Shown: positions 26,701 to 38,200 of the stretch, one piece after another
Position numbering within the stretch: the stretch's first letter is position 1
How the letters are laid out: every line of letters starts with the position of its first letter
Translations under genes and position numbers: made by a program
Notes under the pieces: model-generated
The model's input: only the letters and a program-made list of their open reading frames with translations
Database searches by the model: none
Told to the model about the DNA's origin: nothing
Assembly: GCA_964016885.1 (NCBI GenBank)
Contig: OZ024744.1
Coordinates: forward strand, 136,090,001 to 136,154,000
Direction: 5' to 3'
Length of the DNA stretch: 64,000 nt
From: Eledone cirrhosa
Lineage: Eukaryota

Positions 26701-29700
26701 ATGGTAGAAGAAATAACATGAATCCAGAGGAGAGAGAAGTTTATCTACAGAATAAAAGAAGTGGAGATCATGGTAGAAGAAATAACATGAATCCAGAGGA
26801 GAGAGAGGCTTATCTACAGAATAGAAGTGGAAATCATGATAGAAGAAATAACATGAATCCAGAGGAGAGAGAAGCTTATCTACAGAATAGAAGTGGAGAT
26901 CATGATAGAAGAAATAACATGAATCCAGAGGAGAGAGAAGCTTATCTACAGAATAGAAGTGGAGATCATGATAGAAGAAATAACAGGAATCCAGAGGAGA
27001 GAGAAGTTTATCTACAGAATAGAAGAAGTGGAGATCATGATAGAAGAAATAACATGAATCCAGAGGAGAGAGAAGTTTATCTACAGAAAAGAAGTGGAGA
27101 TCATGACAGAAGAAATAACAGGAATCCAGAGGAGAGAGAAGTTTATCTACAGAATAGAAGTGGAGATCATGATAGAAGAAATAACATGAATCCAGAGGAG
27201 AGAGAAGCTTATCTACAGAATAGAAGAAGTGGAGATCATGATAGAAGAAATAACATGAATCCAGAGGAGAGAGAAGCTTCTCTACAGAATAGAAGTGGAG
27301 ATCATGGTAGAAGAAATAACATGAATCCAGAGGAGAGAGAAGTTTATCTACAGAATAGAAGTGGAGATCATGGTAGAAGAAATAACATGAATCCAGAGGA
27401 GAGAGAAGTTTATCTACAGAATAAAAGAAGTGGAGATCATGGTAGAAGAAATAACATGAATCCAGAGGAGAGAGAAGTTTATCTACAGAATAAAAGAAGT
27501 GGAGATCATGGTAGAAGAAATAACATGAATCCAGAGGAGAGAGAGGCTTATCTACAGAATAGAAGTGGAAATCATGATAGAAGAAATAACATGAATCCAG
27601 AGGAGAGAGAAGTTTATCTACAGAATAAAAAAAGTGGAGATCATGGTAGAAGAAATAACATGAATCCAGAGGAGAGAGAAGTTTATCTACAGAATAAAAG
27701 AAGTGGAGATCATGGTAGAAGAAATAACATGAATCCAGAGGAGACAGAGGCTTATCTACAGAATAGAAGTGGAAATCATGATAGAAGAAATAACATGAAT
27801 CCAGAGGAGAGAGAAGCTTATCTACAGAATAGAAGTGGAGATCATGATAGAAGAAATAACATGAATCCAGAGGAGAGAGAAGTTTATCTACAGAATAGAA
27901 GAAGTGGAGATCATGATAGAAGAAATAACATGAATCCAGAGGAGAGAGAAGTTTATCTACAGAATAGAAGAAGTGGAGATCATGATAGAAGAAATAACAT
28001 GAATCCAGAGGAGAGAGAAGCTTATCTACAGAATAGAAGAAGTGGAGATCATGATAGAAGAAATAACATGAATCCAGAGGAGAGAGAAGTTTATCTACAG
28101 AATAGAAGAAGTGGAGATCATGATAGAAGAAATAACATGAATCCAGAGGAGAGAGAAGTTTATCTACAGAATAGAAGTGGAGATCATGATAGAAGAAATA
28201 ACATGAATCCAGAGGAGAGAGAAGCTTATCTACAGAATAGAAGAAGTGGAGATCATGATAGAAGAAATAACATGAATCCAGAGGAGGGAGAAGCTTCTCT
28301 ACAGAATAGAAGTGGACATCATGGTAGAAGAAATAACATGAATCCAGAGGAGAGAGAAGTTTATCTACAGAATAGAAGTGGAGATCATGGTAGAAGAAAT
28401 AACATGAATCCAGAGGAGAGAGAAGTTTATCTACAGAATAAAAGAAGTGGAGATCATGGTAGAAGAAATAACATGAATCCAGAGGAGAGAGAAGTTTATC
28501 TACAGAATAAAAGAAGTGGAGATCATGGTAGAAGAAATAACATGAATCCAGAGGAGAGAGAGGCTTATCTACAGAATAGAAGTGGAAATCATGATAGAAG
28601 AAATAACATGAATCCAGAGGAGAGAGAAGCTTATCTACAGAATAGAAGTGGAGATCATGATAGAAGAAATAACATGAATCCAGAGGAGAGAGAAGCTTAT
28701 CTACAGAATAGAAGTGGAGATCATGATAGAAGAAATAACATGAATCCAGAGGAGAGAGTAGCTTATCTACAGAATAGAAGTGGAGATCATGATAGAAGAA
28801 ATAACATGAATCCAGAGGAGAGAGAAGTATTTCTACAGAATAGAAGAAGTGGAGATCATGGTAGAAGAAATAACATGAATCCAGAGGAGAGAGAAGTTTA
28901 TCTACAGAATAGAAGTGGAGATCATGATAGAAGAAATAACATGAATCCAGAGGAGAGAGTACCTTATCTACAGAATAGAAGAAGTGGAGATCATGATAGA
29001 AGAAATAAGATGAATCCAGAGGAGAGAGAAGCTTCCCTACAGAATAGAAGTGGAGATCATGGTAGAAGAAATAACATGAATCCAGAGGAGAGAGAAGCTT
29101 ATCTACAGAATAGAAGAAGTGGAGATCATGATAGAAGAAATAACATGAATCCAGAGGAGAGAGAAGCTTCTCTACAGAATAGAAGTGGAGATCATGGTAG
29201 AAGAAATAACATGAATCCAGAGGAGAGAGAAGTTTATCTACAGAATAGAAGAAGTGGAAATCATGATAGAAGAAATAACATGAATCCAGAGGAGAGAGAA
29301 GTTTATCTACAGAATAGAAGTGGAGATCATGATATAAGAAATAACATGAATCCAGAGGAGAGAGAAGCTTATCTACAGAATAGAAGAAGTGGAGATCATG
29401 ATAGAAGAAATAACATGAATCCAGAGGAGAGAGAAGCTTCTCTACAGAATAGAAGTGGAGATCATGGTAGAAGAAATAACATGAATCCAGAGGAGAGAGA
29501 AGTTTATCTACAGAATAGAAGTGGAGATCATGGTAGAAGAAATAACATGAATCCAGAGGAGAGAGAAGTTTATCTACAGAATAAAAGAAGTGGAGATCAT
29601 GGTAGAAGAAATAACATGAATCCAGAGGAGAGAGAAGTTTATCTACAGAATAGAAGTGGAGATCATGGTAGAAGAAATAACATGAATCCAGAGGAGAGAG

Positions 29701-32249
29701 AAGTTTATCTACAGAATAGAAGAAGTGGAGATCATGATAGAAGAAATAACATGAATCCAGAGGAGAGAGAAGTTTATCTACAGAATAGAAGAAGTGGAGA
29801 TCATGATAGAAGAAATAACATGAATCCAGAGGAGAGAGAAGCTTATCTACAGAATAGAAGAAGTGGAGATCATGATAGAAGAAATAACATGAATCCAGAG
29901 GAGAGAGAAGTTTATCTACAGAATAGAAGAAGTGGAGATCATGATAGAAGAAATAACATGAATCCAGAGGAGAGAGAAGTTTATCTACAGAATAGAAGTG
30001 GAGATCATGATAGAAGAAATAACATGAATCCAGAGGAGAGAGAAGCTTATCTACAGAATAGAAGAAGTGGAGATCATGATAGAAGAAATAACATGAATCC
30101 AGAGGAGAGAGAAGCTTCTCTACAGAATAGAAGTGGAGATCATGGTAGAAGAAATAACATGAATCCAGAGGAGAGAGAAGTTTATCTACAGAATAGAAGT
30201 GGAGATCATGGTAGAAGAAATAACATGAATCCAGAGGAGAGAGAAGTTTATCTACAGAATAAAAGAAGTGGAGATCATGGTAGAAGAAATAACATGAATC
30301 CAGCGGAGAGAGAAGCTTATCTACAGAATAGAAGTGGAGATCATGGTAGAAGAAATAACATGAATCCAGAGGAGAGAGAAGTTTATCTACAGAATAAAAG
30401 AAGTGGAGATCATGGTAGAAGAAATAACATGAATCCAGCGGAGAGAGAAGCTTATCTACAGAATAGAAGTGGAGATCATGGTAGAAGAAATAACATGAAT
30501 CCAGAGGAGAGAGAAGTATTTCTACAGAATAGAAGAAGTGGAGATCATGGTAGAAGAAATAACATGAATCCAGAGGAGAGAGAGGCTTATCTACAGAATA
30601 GAAGTGGAAATCATGATAGAAGAAATAACATGAATCCAGAGGAGAGAGAAGCTTATCTACAGAATAGAAGTGGAGATCATGATAGAAGAAATAACATGAA
30701 TCCAGAGGAGAGAGAAGCTTATCTACAGAATAGAAGTGGAGATCATGATAGAAGAAATAACATGAATCCAGAGGAGAGAGAAGCTTATCTACAGAATAGA
30801 AGTGGAGATCATGATAGAAGAAATAACATGAATCCAGAGGAGAGAGAAGTATTTCTACAGAATAGAAGAAGTGGAGATCATGGTAGGAGAAATAACATGA
30901 ATCCAGAGGAGAGAGAAGCTTATCTACAGAATAGAAGAAGTGGAGATCATGATAGAAGAAATAACATGAATCCAGAGGAGAGAGAAGCTTCTCTACAGAA
31001 TAGAAGTGGAGATCATGGTAGAAGAAATAACATGAATCCAGAGGAGAGAGAAGTTTATCTACAGAATAGAAGAAGTGGAGATCATGATAGAAGAAATAAC
31101 ATGAATCCAGAGGAGAGAGAAGTTTATCTACAGAATAGAAGAAGTGGAGATCATGGTAGAAGAAATAACAGGAATCCAGAGGAGAGAGAAGTTTATCTAC
31201 AGAATAGAAGAAGTGGAGATCATGATAGAAGAAATAACATGAATCCAGAGGAGAGAGAAGTTTATCTACAGAAAAGAAGTGGAGATCATGACAGAAGAAA
31301 TAACAGGAATCCAGAGGAGAGAGAAGTTTATCTACAGAATAGAAGTGGAGATCATGGTAGAAGAAATAACATGAATCCAGAGGAGAGAGAAGTTTATCTA
31401 CAGAATAGAAGTGGAGATCATGATAGAAGAAATAACATGAATCCAGAGGAGAGAGTAGCTTATCTACAGAATAGAAGAAGTGGAGATCATGATAGAAGAA
31501 ATAACATGAATCCAGAGGAGAGAGAAGCTTCTCTACAGAATAAAAGTGGAGATCATGGTAGAAGAAATAACATGAATCCAGAGGAGAGAGAAGCTTATCT
31601 ACAGAATAGAAGAAGTGGAGATCATGATAGAAGAAATAACATGAATCCAGAGGAGAGAGAAGCTTCTCTACAGAATAGAAGTGGAGATCATGGTAGAAGA
31701 AATAACATGAATCCAGAGGAGAGAGAAGTTTATCTACAGAATAGAAGAAGTGGAGATCATGATAGAAGAAATAACATGAATCCAGAGGAGAGAGAAGTTT
31801 ATCTACAGAATAGAAGTGGAGATCATGATAGAAGAAATAACATGAATCCAGATGAGAGAGAAGTTTATCTACAGAATAGAAGAAGTGGAGATCATGATAG
31901 AAGAAATAACATGAATCCAGAGGAGAGAGAAGCTTCTCTACAGAATAGAAGTGGAGATCATGGTAGAAGAAATAACATGAATCCAGAGGAGAGAGAAGTT
32001 TATCTACAGAATAGAAGTGGAGATCATGGTAGAAGAAATAACATGAATCCAGAGGAGAGAGAAGTTTATCTACAGAATAAAAGAAGTGGAGATCATGGTA
32101 GAAGAAATAACATGAATCCAGAGGAGAGAGAAGTTTATCTACAGAATAGAAGAAGTGGAGATCATGACAGAAAAATAACAGGAATCCAGAGGAGAGAGAA
32201 GTTTATCTACAGAATAGAAGTGGAGATCATGGTAGAAGAAATAACATGA
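23748..32249 (+). CDS. Longest repeat-derived ORF (2833 aa of MNPEERE[V/A]YLQN[R/K]RSGDH[D/G]RRNN); probably not a functional gene, listed as representative of all track ORFs
   Basis: The frame is open, but both ends are set by recurrent frameshift alleles. It has no unique N- or C-terminal domain, and variants are mostly non-synonymous. Confidence 0.1.
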   Translation: MNPEEREAYLQNRSGDHDRRNNMNPEEREAYLQNRSGDHDRRNNMNSEEREVFLQNRRSGDHGRRNNMNPEEREVYLQNRSGDHDRRNNMNPEERVAYLQNRRSGDHDRRNNMNPEEREASLQNRSGDHGRRNNMNPEEREAYLQNRRSADHDRRNNMNPEEREASLQNRSGDHGRRNNMNPEEREVYLQNRRSGDHDRRNNMNPEEREVYLQNRRSRDHGRRNNRNPEEREVYLQNRSGDHDRRNNMNPEEREVYLQNRRSGDHDRRNNMNPEEREASLQNRSGDHGRRNNRNPEEREVYLQNRRSGDHDRRNNMNPEEREVYLQKRSGDHDRRNNRNPEEREVYLQNRSGDHDRRNNMNPEEREVYLQNRRSGDHDRRNNMNPEEREASLQNRSGDHGRRNNRNPEEREVYLQNRRSGDHDRRNNMNPEEREASLQNRSGDHGRRNNMNPEEREVYLQNRSGDHGRRNNMNPEEREVYLQNKRSGDHGRRNNMNPAEREAYLQNRSGDHGRRNNMNPEEREVYLQNRRSGDHDRRNNMNPEEREVYLQNRSGDHDRRNNMNPEEREAYLQNRRSGDHDRRNNMNPEEREASLQNRSGDHGRRNNMNPEEREVYLQNRSGDHGRRNNMNPEEREVYLQNKRSGDHGRRNNMNPEEREVYLQNKRSGDHGRRNNMNPEEREAYLQNRSGNHDRRNNMNPEEREVYLQNKKSGDHGRRNNMNPEEREVYLQNKRSGDHGRRNNMNPEETEAYLQNRSGNHDRRNNMNPEEREAYLQNRSGDHDRRNNMNPEEREVYLQNRRSGDHDRRNNMNPEEREVYLQNRRSGDHDRRNNMNPEEREAYLQNRRSGDHDRRNNMNPEEREVYLQNRRSGDHDRRNNMNPEEREVYLQNRSGDHDRRNNMNPEEREAYLQNRRSGDHDRRNNMNPEEGEASLQNRSGHHGRRNNMNPEEREVYLQNRSGDHGRRNNMNPEEREVYLQNKRSGDHGRRNNMNPEEREVYLQNKRSGDHGRRNNMNPEEREAYLQNRSGNHDRRNNMNPEEREAYLQNRSGDHDRRNNMNPEEREAYLQNRSGDHDRRNNRNPEEREVYLQNRRSGDHDRRNNMNPEEREVYLQKRSGDHDRRNNRNPEEREVYLQNRSGDHDRRNNMNPEEREAYLQNRRSGDHDRRNNMNPEEREASLQNRSGDHGRRNNMNPEEREVYLQNRSGDHGRRNNMNPEEREVYLQNKRSGDHGRRNNMNPEEREVYLQNKRSGDHGRRNNMNPEEREAYLQNRSGNHDRRNNMNPEEREVYLQNKKSGDHGRRNNMNPEEREVYLQNKRSGDHGRRNNMNPEETEAYLQNRSGNHDRRNNMNPEEREAYLQNRSGDHDRRNNMNPEEREVYLQNRRSGDHDRRNNMNPEEREVYLQNRRSGDHDRRNNMNPEEREAYLQNRRSGDHDRRNNMNPEEREVYLQNRRSGDHDRRNNMNPEEREVYLQNRSGDHDRRNNMNPEEREAYLQNRRSGDHDRRNNMNPEEGEASLQNRSGHHGRRNNMNPEEREVYLQNRSGDHGRRNNMNPEEREVYLQNKRSGDHGRRNNMNPEEREVYLQNKRSGDHGRRNNMNPEEREAYLQNRSGNHDRRNNMNPEEREAYLQNRSGDHDRRNNMNPEEREAYLQNRSGDHDRRNNMNPEERVAYLQNRSGDHDRRNNMNPEEREVFLQNRRSGDHGRRNNMNPEEREVYLQNRSGDHDRRNNMNPEERVPYLQNRRSGDHDRRNKMNPEEREASLQNRSGDHGRRNNMNPEEREAYLQNRRSGDHDRRNNMNPEEREASLQNRSGDHGRRNNMNPEEREVYLQNRRSGNHDRRNNMNPEEREVYLQNRSGDHDIRNNMNPEEREAYLQNRRSGDHDRRNNMNPEEREASLQNRSGDHGRRNNMNPEEREVYLQNRSGDHGRRNNMNPEEREVYLQNKRSGDHGRRNNMNPEEREVYLQNRSGDHGRRNNMNPEEREVYLQNRRSGDHDRRNNMNPEEREVYLQNRRSGDHDRRNNMNPEEREAYLQNRRSGDHDRRNNMNPEEREVYLQNRRSGDHDRRNNMNPEEREVYLQNRSGDHDRRNNMNPEEREAYLQNRRSGDHDRRNNMNPEEREASLQNRSGDHGRRNNMNPEEREVYLQNRSGDHGRRNNMNPEEREVYLQNKRSGDHGRRNNMNPAEREAYLQNRSGDHGRRNNMNPEEREVYLQNKRSGDHGRRNNMNPAEREAYLQNRSGDHGRRNNMNPEEREVFLQNRRSGDHGRRNNMNPEEREAYLQNRSGNHDRRNNMNPEEREAYLQNRSGDHDRRNNMNPEEREAYLQNRSGDHDRRNNMNPEEREAYLQNRSGDHDRRNNMNPEEREVFLQNRRSGDHGRRNNMNPEEREAYLQNRRSGDHDRRNNMNPEEREASLQNRSGDHGRRNNMNPEEREVYLQNRRSGDHDRRNNMNPEEREVYLQNRRSGDHGRRNNRNPEEREVYLQNRRSGDHDRRNNMNPEEREVYLQKRSGDHDRRNNRNPEEREVYLQNRSGDHGRRNNMNPEEREVYLQNRSGDHDRRNNMNPEERVAYLQNRRSGDHDRRNNMNPEEREASLQNKSGDHGRRNNMNPEEREAYLQNRRSGDHDRRNNMNPEEREASLQNRSGDHGRRNNMNPEEREVYLQNRRSGDHDRRNNMNPEEREVYLQNRSGDHDRRNNMNPDEREVYLQNRRSGDHDRRNNMNPEEREASLQNRSGDHGRRNNMNPEEREVYLQNRSGDHGRRNNMNPEEREVYLQNKRSGDHGRRNNMNPEEREVYLQNRRSGDHDRKITGIQRREKFIYRIEVEIMVEEIT
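25365..28739 (+). repeat. Local duplication, period 1755 bp (26 monomers)
   Basis: Private variants NKK (25872/27627), ETE (~25990/~27745) and GHH (26562/28317) each occur exactly twice, 1755 bp apart. Confidence 0.92.
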
Positions 32250-35200
32250 ATCCAGAGGAGAGAGAAGTTTATCTACAGAATAAAAGAAGTGGAGATCATG
32301 GTAGAAGAAATAACATGAATCCAGAGGAGAGAGAAGTTTATCTACAGAATAAAAGAAGTGGAGATCATGGTAGAAGAAATAACATGAATCCAGAGGAGAG
32401 AGAAGCTTATCTACAGAATAGAAGAAGTGGAGATCATGATAGAAGAAATAACATGAATCCAGAGGAGAGAGAAGCTTCTCTACAGAATAGAAGTGGAGAT
32501 CATGGTAGAAGAAATAACATGAATCCAGAGGAGAGAGAAGTTTATCTACAGAATAAAAGAAGTGGAGATCATGGTAGAAGAAATAACATGAATCCAGAGG
32601 AGAGAGAAGTTTATCTACAGAATAAAAGAAGTGGAGATCATGGTAGAAGAAATAACATGAATCCAGAGGAGAGAGAAGTTTATCTACAGAATAAAAGAAG
32701 TGGAGATCATGGTAGAAGAAATAACATGAATCCAGAGGAGAGATAGGCTTATCTACAGAATAGAAGTGGAAATCATGATAGAAGAAATAACATGAATCCA
32801 GAGGAGATCATGATAGAAGAAATAACATGAATCCAGAGGAGAGAGAAGCTTATCTACAGAATAGAAGTGGAGATCATGATAGAAGAAATAACATGAATCC
32901 AGAGGAGAGAGAAGCTTATCTACAGAATAGAAGTGGAGATCATGATAGAAGAAATAACATGAATTCAGAGGAGAGAGAAGTATTTCTACAGAATAGAAGA
33001 AGTGGAGATCATGGTAGAAGAAATAACATGAATCCAGAGGAGAGAGAAGTTTATCTACAGAATAGAAGTGGAGATCATGATAGAAGAAATAACATGAATC
33101 CAGAGGAGAGAGTAGCTTATCTACAGAATAGAAGAAGTGGAGATCATGATAGAAGAAATAACATGAATCCAGAGGAGAGAGAAGCTTCTCTACAGAATAG
33201 AAGTGGAGATCATGGTAGAAGAAATAACATGAATCCAGAGGAGAGAGAAGCTTATCTACAGAACAGAAGAAGTGCAGATCATGATAGAAGAAATAACATG
33301 AATCCAGAGGAGAGAGAAGCTTCTCTACAGAATAGAAGTGGAGATCATGGTAGAAGAAATAACATGAATCCAGAGGAGAGAGAAGTTTATCTACAGAATA
33401 GAAGAAGTGGAGATCATGATAGAAGAAATAACATGAATCCAGAGGAGAGAGAAGTTTATCTACAGAATAGAAGAAGTGGAGATCATGGTAGAAGAAATAA
33501 CAGGAATCCAGAGGAGAGAGAAGTTTATCTACAGAATAGAAGTGGAGATCATGATAGAAGAAATAACATGAATCCAGAGGAGAGAGAAGTTTATCTACAG
33601 AATAGAAGAAGTGGAGATCATGATAGAAGAAATAACATGAATCCAGAGGAGAGAGAAGCTTCTCTACAGAATAGAAGTGGAGATCATGGTAGAAGAAATA
33701 ACAGGAATCCAGAGGAGAGAGAAGTTTATCTACAGAATAGAAGAAGTGGAGATCATGATAGAAGAAATAACATGAATCCAGAGGAGAGAGAAGCTTCTCT
33801 ACAGAATAGAAGTGGAGATCATGGTAGAAGAAATAACATGAATCCAGAGGAGAGAGAAGTTTATCTACAGAATAGAAGTGGAGATCATGGTAGAAGAAAT
33901 AACATGAATCAAGAGGAGAGAGAAGTTTATCTACAGAATAGAAGTGGAGATCATGATAGAAGAAATAACATGAATCCAGAGGAGAGAGTAGCTTATCTAC
34001 AGAATAGAAGAAGTGGAGATCATGATAGAAGAAATAACATGAATCCAGAGGAGAGAGAAGCTTCTCTACAGAATAGAAGTGGAGATCATGGTAGAAGAAA
34101 TAACATGAATCCAGAGGAGAGAGAAGTTTATCTACAGAATAGAAGAAGTAGAGATCATGATAGAAGAAATAACATGAATCCAGAGGAGAGAGAAGCTTCT
34201 CTACAGAATAGAAGTGGAGATCATGGTAGAAGAAATAACATGAATCCAGAGGAGAGAGAAGTTTATCTACAGAATAGAAGAAGTGGAGATCATGATAGAA
34301 GAAATAACATGAATCCAGAGGAGAGAGAAGTTTATCTACAGAATAGAAGTGGAGATCATGATAGAAGAAATAACATGAATCCAGAGGAGAGAGAAGCTTA
34401 TCTACAGAATAGAAGAAGTGGAGATCATGATAGAAGAAATAACATGAATCCAGAGGAGAGAGAAGCTTCTCTACAGAATAGAAGTGGAGATCATGGTAGA
34501 AGAAATAACATGAATCCAGAGGAGAGAGAAGTTTATCTACAGAATAGAAGTGGAGATCATGGTAGAAGAAATAACATGAATCCAGAGGAGAGAGAAGTTT
34601 ATCTACAGAATAAAAGAAGTGGAGATCATGGTAGAAGAAATAACATGAATCCAGAGGAGAGAGAAGTTTATCTACAGAATAGAAGTGGAGATCATGATAG
34701 AAGAAATAACATGAATCCAGAGGAGAGAGTAGCTTATCTACAGAATAGAAGAAGTGGAGATCATGATAGAAGAAATAACATGAATCCAGAGGAGAGAGAA
34801 GCTTCTCTACAGAATAGAAGTGGAGATCATGGCAGAAGAAATAACATGAATCCAGAGGAGAGAGAAGCTTATCTACAGAATAGAAGAAGTAGAGATCATG
34901 ATAGAAGAAATAACATGAATCCAGAAGAGAGAGAAGTTTATCTACAGAATAGAAGAAGTGGAGATCATGGTAGAAGAAATAACAGGAATCCAGAGGAGAG
35001 AGAAGTTTATCTACAGAATAGAAGTGGAGATCATGATAGAAGAAATAACATGAATCCAGAGGAGAGAGAAGTTTATCTACAGAATAGAAGAAGTGGAGAT
35101 CATGATAGAAGAAATAACATGAATCCAGAGGAGAGAGAAGTTTATCTACAGAATAGAAGTGGAGATCATGATAGAAGAAATAACATGAATCCAGAGGAGA

Positions 35201-38200
35201 GAGAAGCTTATCTACAGAATAGAAGAAGTGGAGATCATGATAGAAGAAATAACATGAATCCAGAGGAGAGAGAAGCTTCTCTACAGAATAGAAGTGGAGA
35301 TCATGGTAGAAGAAATAACATGAATCCAGAGGAGAGAGAAGTTTATCTACAGAATAGAAGTGGAGATCATGGTAGAAGAAATAACATGAATCCAGAGGAG
35401 AGAGAAGTTTATCTACAGAATAAAAGAAGTGGAGATCATGGTAGAAGAAATAACATGAATCCAGAGGAGAGAGAAGTTTATCTACAGAATAAAAGAAGTG
35501 GAGATCATGGTAGAAGAAATAACATGAATCCAGAGGAGAGAGAAGTTTATCTACAGAATAGAAGAAGTGGAGATCATGACAGAAAAATAACAGGAATCCA
35601 GAGGAGAGAGAAGTTTATCTACAGAATAGAAGTGGAGATCATGGTAGAAGAAATAACATGAATCCAGAGAAGAGAGAAGTTTATCTACAGAATAAAAGAA
35701 GTGGAGATCATGGTAGAAGAAATAACATGAATCCAGAGGAGAGAGAAGTTTATCTACAGAATAAAAGAAGTGGAGATCATGGTAGAAGAAATAACATGAA
35801 TCCAGAGGAGAGAGAAGCTTATCTACAGAATAGAAGAAGTGGAGATCATGATAGAAGAAATAACATGAATCCAGAGGAGAGAGAAGCTTCTCTACAGAAT
35901 AGAAGTGGAGATCATGGTAGAAGAAATAACATGAATCCAGAGGAGAGAGAAGTTTATCTACAGAATAAAAGAAGTGGAGATCATGGTAGAAGAAATAACA
36001 TGAATCCAGAGGAGAGAGAAGTTTATCTACAGAATAAAAGAAGTGGAGATCATGGTAGAAGAAATAACATGAATCCAGAGGAGAGAGAAGTTTATCTACA
36101 GAATAAAAGAAGTGGAGATCATGGTAGAAGAAATAACATGAATCCAGAGGAGAGAGAGGCTTATCTACAGAATAGAAGTGGAAATCATGATAGAAGAAAT
36201 AACATGAATCCAGAGGAGATCATGATAGAAGAAATAACATGAATCCAGAGGAGAGAGAAGCTTATCTACAGAATAGAAGTGGAGATCATGATAGAAGAAA
36301 TAACATGAATCCAGAGGAGAGAGAAGCTTATCTACAGAATAGAAGTGGAGATCATGATAGAAGAAATAACATGAATTCAGAGGAGAGGGAAGTATTTCTA
36401 CAGAATAGAAGAAGTGGAGATCATGGTAGAAGAAATAACATGAATCCAGAGGAGAGAGAAGTTTATCTACAGAATAGAAGTGGAGATCATGATAGAAGAA
36501 ATAACATGAATCCAGAGGAGAGAGTAGCTTATCTACAGAATAGAAGAAGTGGAGATCATGATAGAAGAAATAACATGAATCCAGAGGAGAGAGAAGCTTC
36601 TCTACAGAATAGAAGTGGAGATCATGGTAGAAGAAATAACATGAATCCAGAGGAGAGAGAAGCTTATCTACAGAATAGAAGAAGTGCAGATCATGATAGA
36701 AGAAATAACATGAATCCAGAGGAGAGAGAAGCTTCTCTACAGAATAGAAGTGGAGATCATGGTAGAAGAAATAACATGAATCCAGAGGAGAGAGAAGTTT
36801 ATCTACAGAATAGAAGAAGTGGAGATCATGATAGAAGAAATAACATGAATCCAGAGGAGAGAGAAGTTTATCTACAGAATAGAAGAAGTAGAGATCATGG
36901 TAGAAGAAATAACAGGAATCCAGAGGAGAGAGAAGTTTATCTACAGAATAGAAGTTGAGATCATGATAGAAGAAATAACATGAATCCAGAGGAGAGAGAA
37001 GTTTATCTACAGAATAGAAGAAGTGGAGATCATGATAGAAGAAATAACATGAATCCAGAGGAGAGAGAAGCTTCTCTACAGAATAGAAGTGGAGATCATG
37101 GTAGAAGAAATAACAGGAATCCAGAGGAGAGAGAAGTTTATCTACAGAATAGAAGAAGTGGAGATCATGATAGAAGAAATAACATGAATCCAGAGGAGAG
37201 AGAAGTTTATCTACAGAAAAGAAGTGGAGATCATGACAGAAGAAATAACAGGAATCCAGAGGAGAGAGAAGTTTATCTACAGAATAGAAGTGGAGATCAT
37301 GATAGAAGAAATAACATGAATCCAGAGGAGAGAGAAGTTTATCTACAGAATAGAAGAAGTGGAGATCATGATAGAAGAAATAACATGAATCCAGAGGAGA
37401 GAGAAGCTTCTCTACAGAATAGAAGTGGAGATCATGGTAGAAGAAATAACAGGAATCCAGAGGAGAGAGAAGTTTATCTACAGAATAGAAGAAGTGGAGA
37501 TCATGATAGAAGAAATAACATGAATCCAGAGGAGAGAGAAGCTTCTCTACAGAATAGAAGTGGAGATCATGGTAGAAGAAATAACATGAATCCAGAGGAG
37601 AGAGAAGTTTATCTACAGAATAGAAGTGGAGATCATGGTAGAAGAAATAACATGAATCCAGAGGAGAGAGAAGTTTATCTACAGAATAAAAGAAGTGGAG
37701 ATCATGGTAGAAGAAATAACATGAATCCAGCGGAGAGAGAAGCTTATCTACAGAATAGAAGTGAAGATCATGGTAGAAGAAATAACATGAATCCAGAGGA
37801 GAGAGAAGTTTATCTACAGAATAGAAGAAGTGGAGATCATGATAGAAGAAATAACATGAATCCAGAGGAGAGAGAAGTTTATCTACAGAATAGAAGTGGA
37901 GATCATGATAGAAGAAATAACATGAATCCAGAGGAGAGAGAAGCTTATCTACAGAATAGAAGAAGTGGAGATCATGATAGAAGAAATAACATGAATCCAG
38001 AGGAGAGAGAAGCTTCTCTACAGAATAGAAGTGGAGATCATGGTAGAAGAAATAACATGAATCCAGAGGAGAGAGAAGTTTATCTACAGAATAGAAGTGG
38101 AGATCATGGTAGAAGAAATAACATGAATCCAGAGGAGAGAGAAGTTTATCTACAGAATAAAAGAAGTGGAGATCATGGTAGAAGAAATAACATGAATCCA

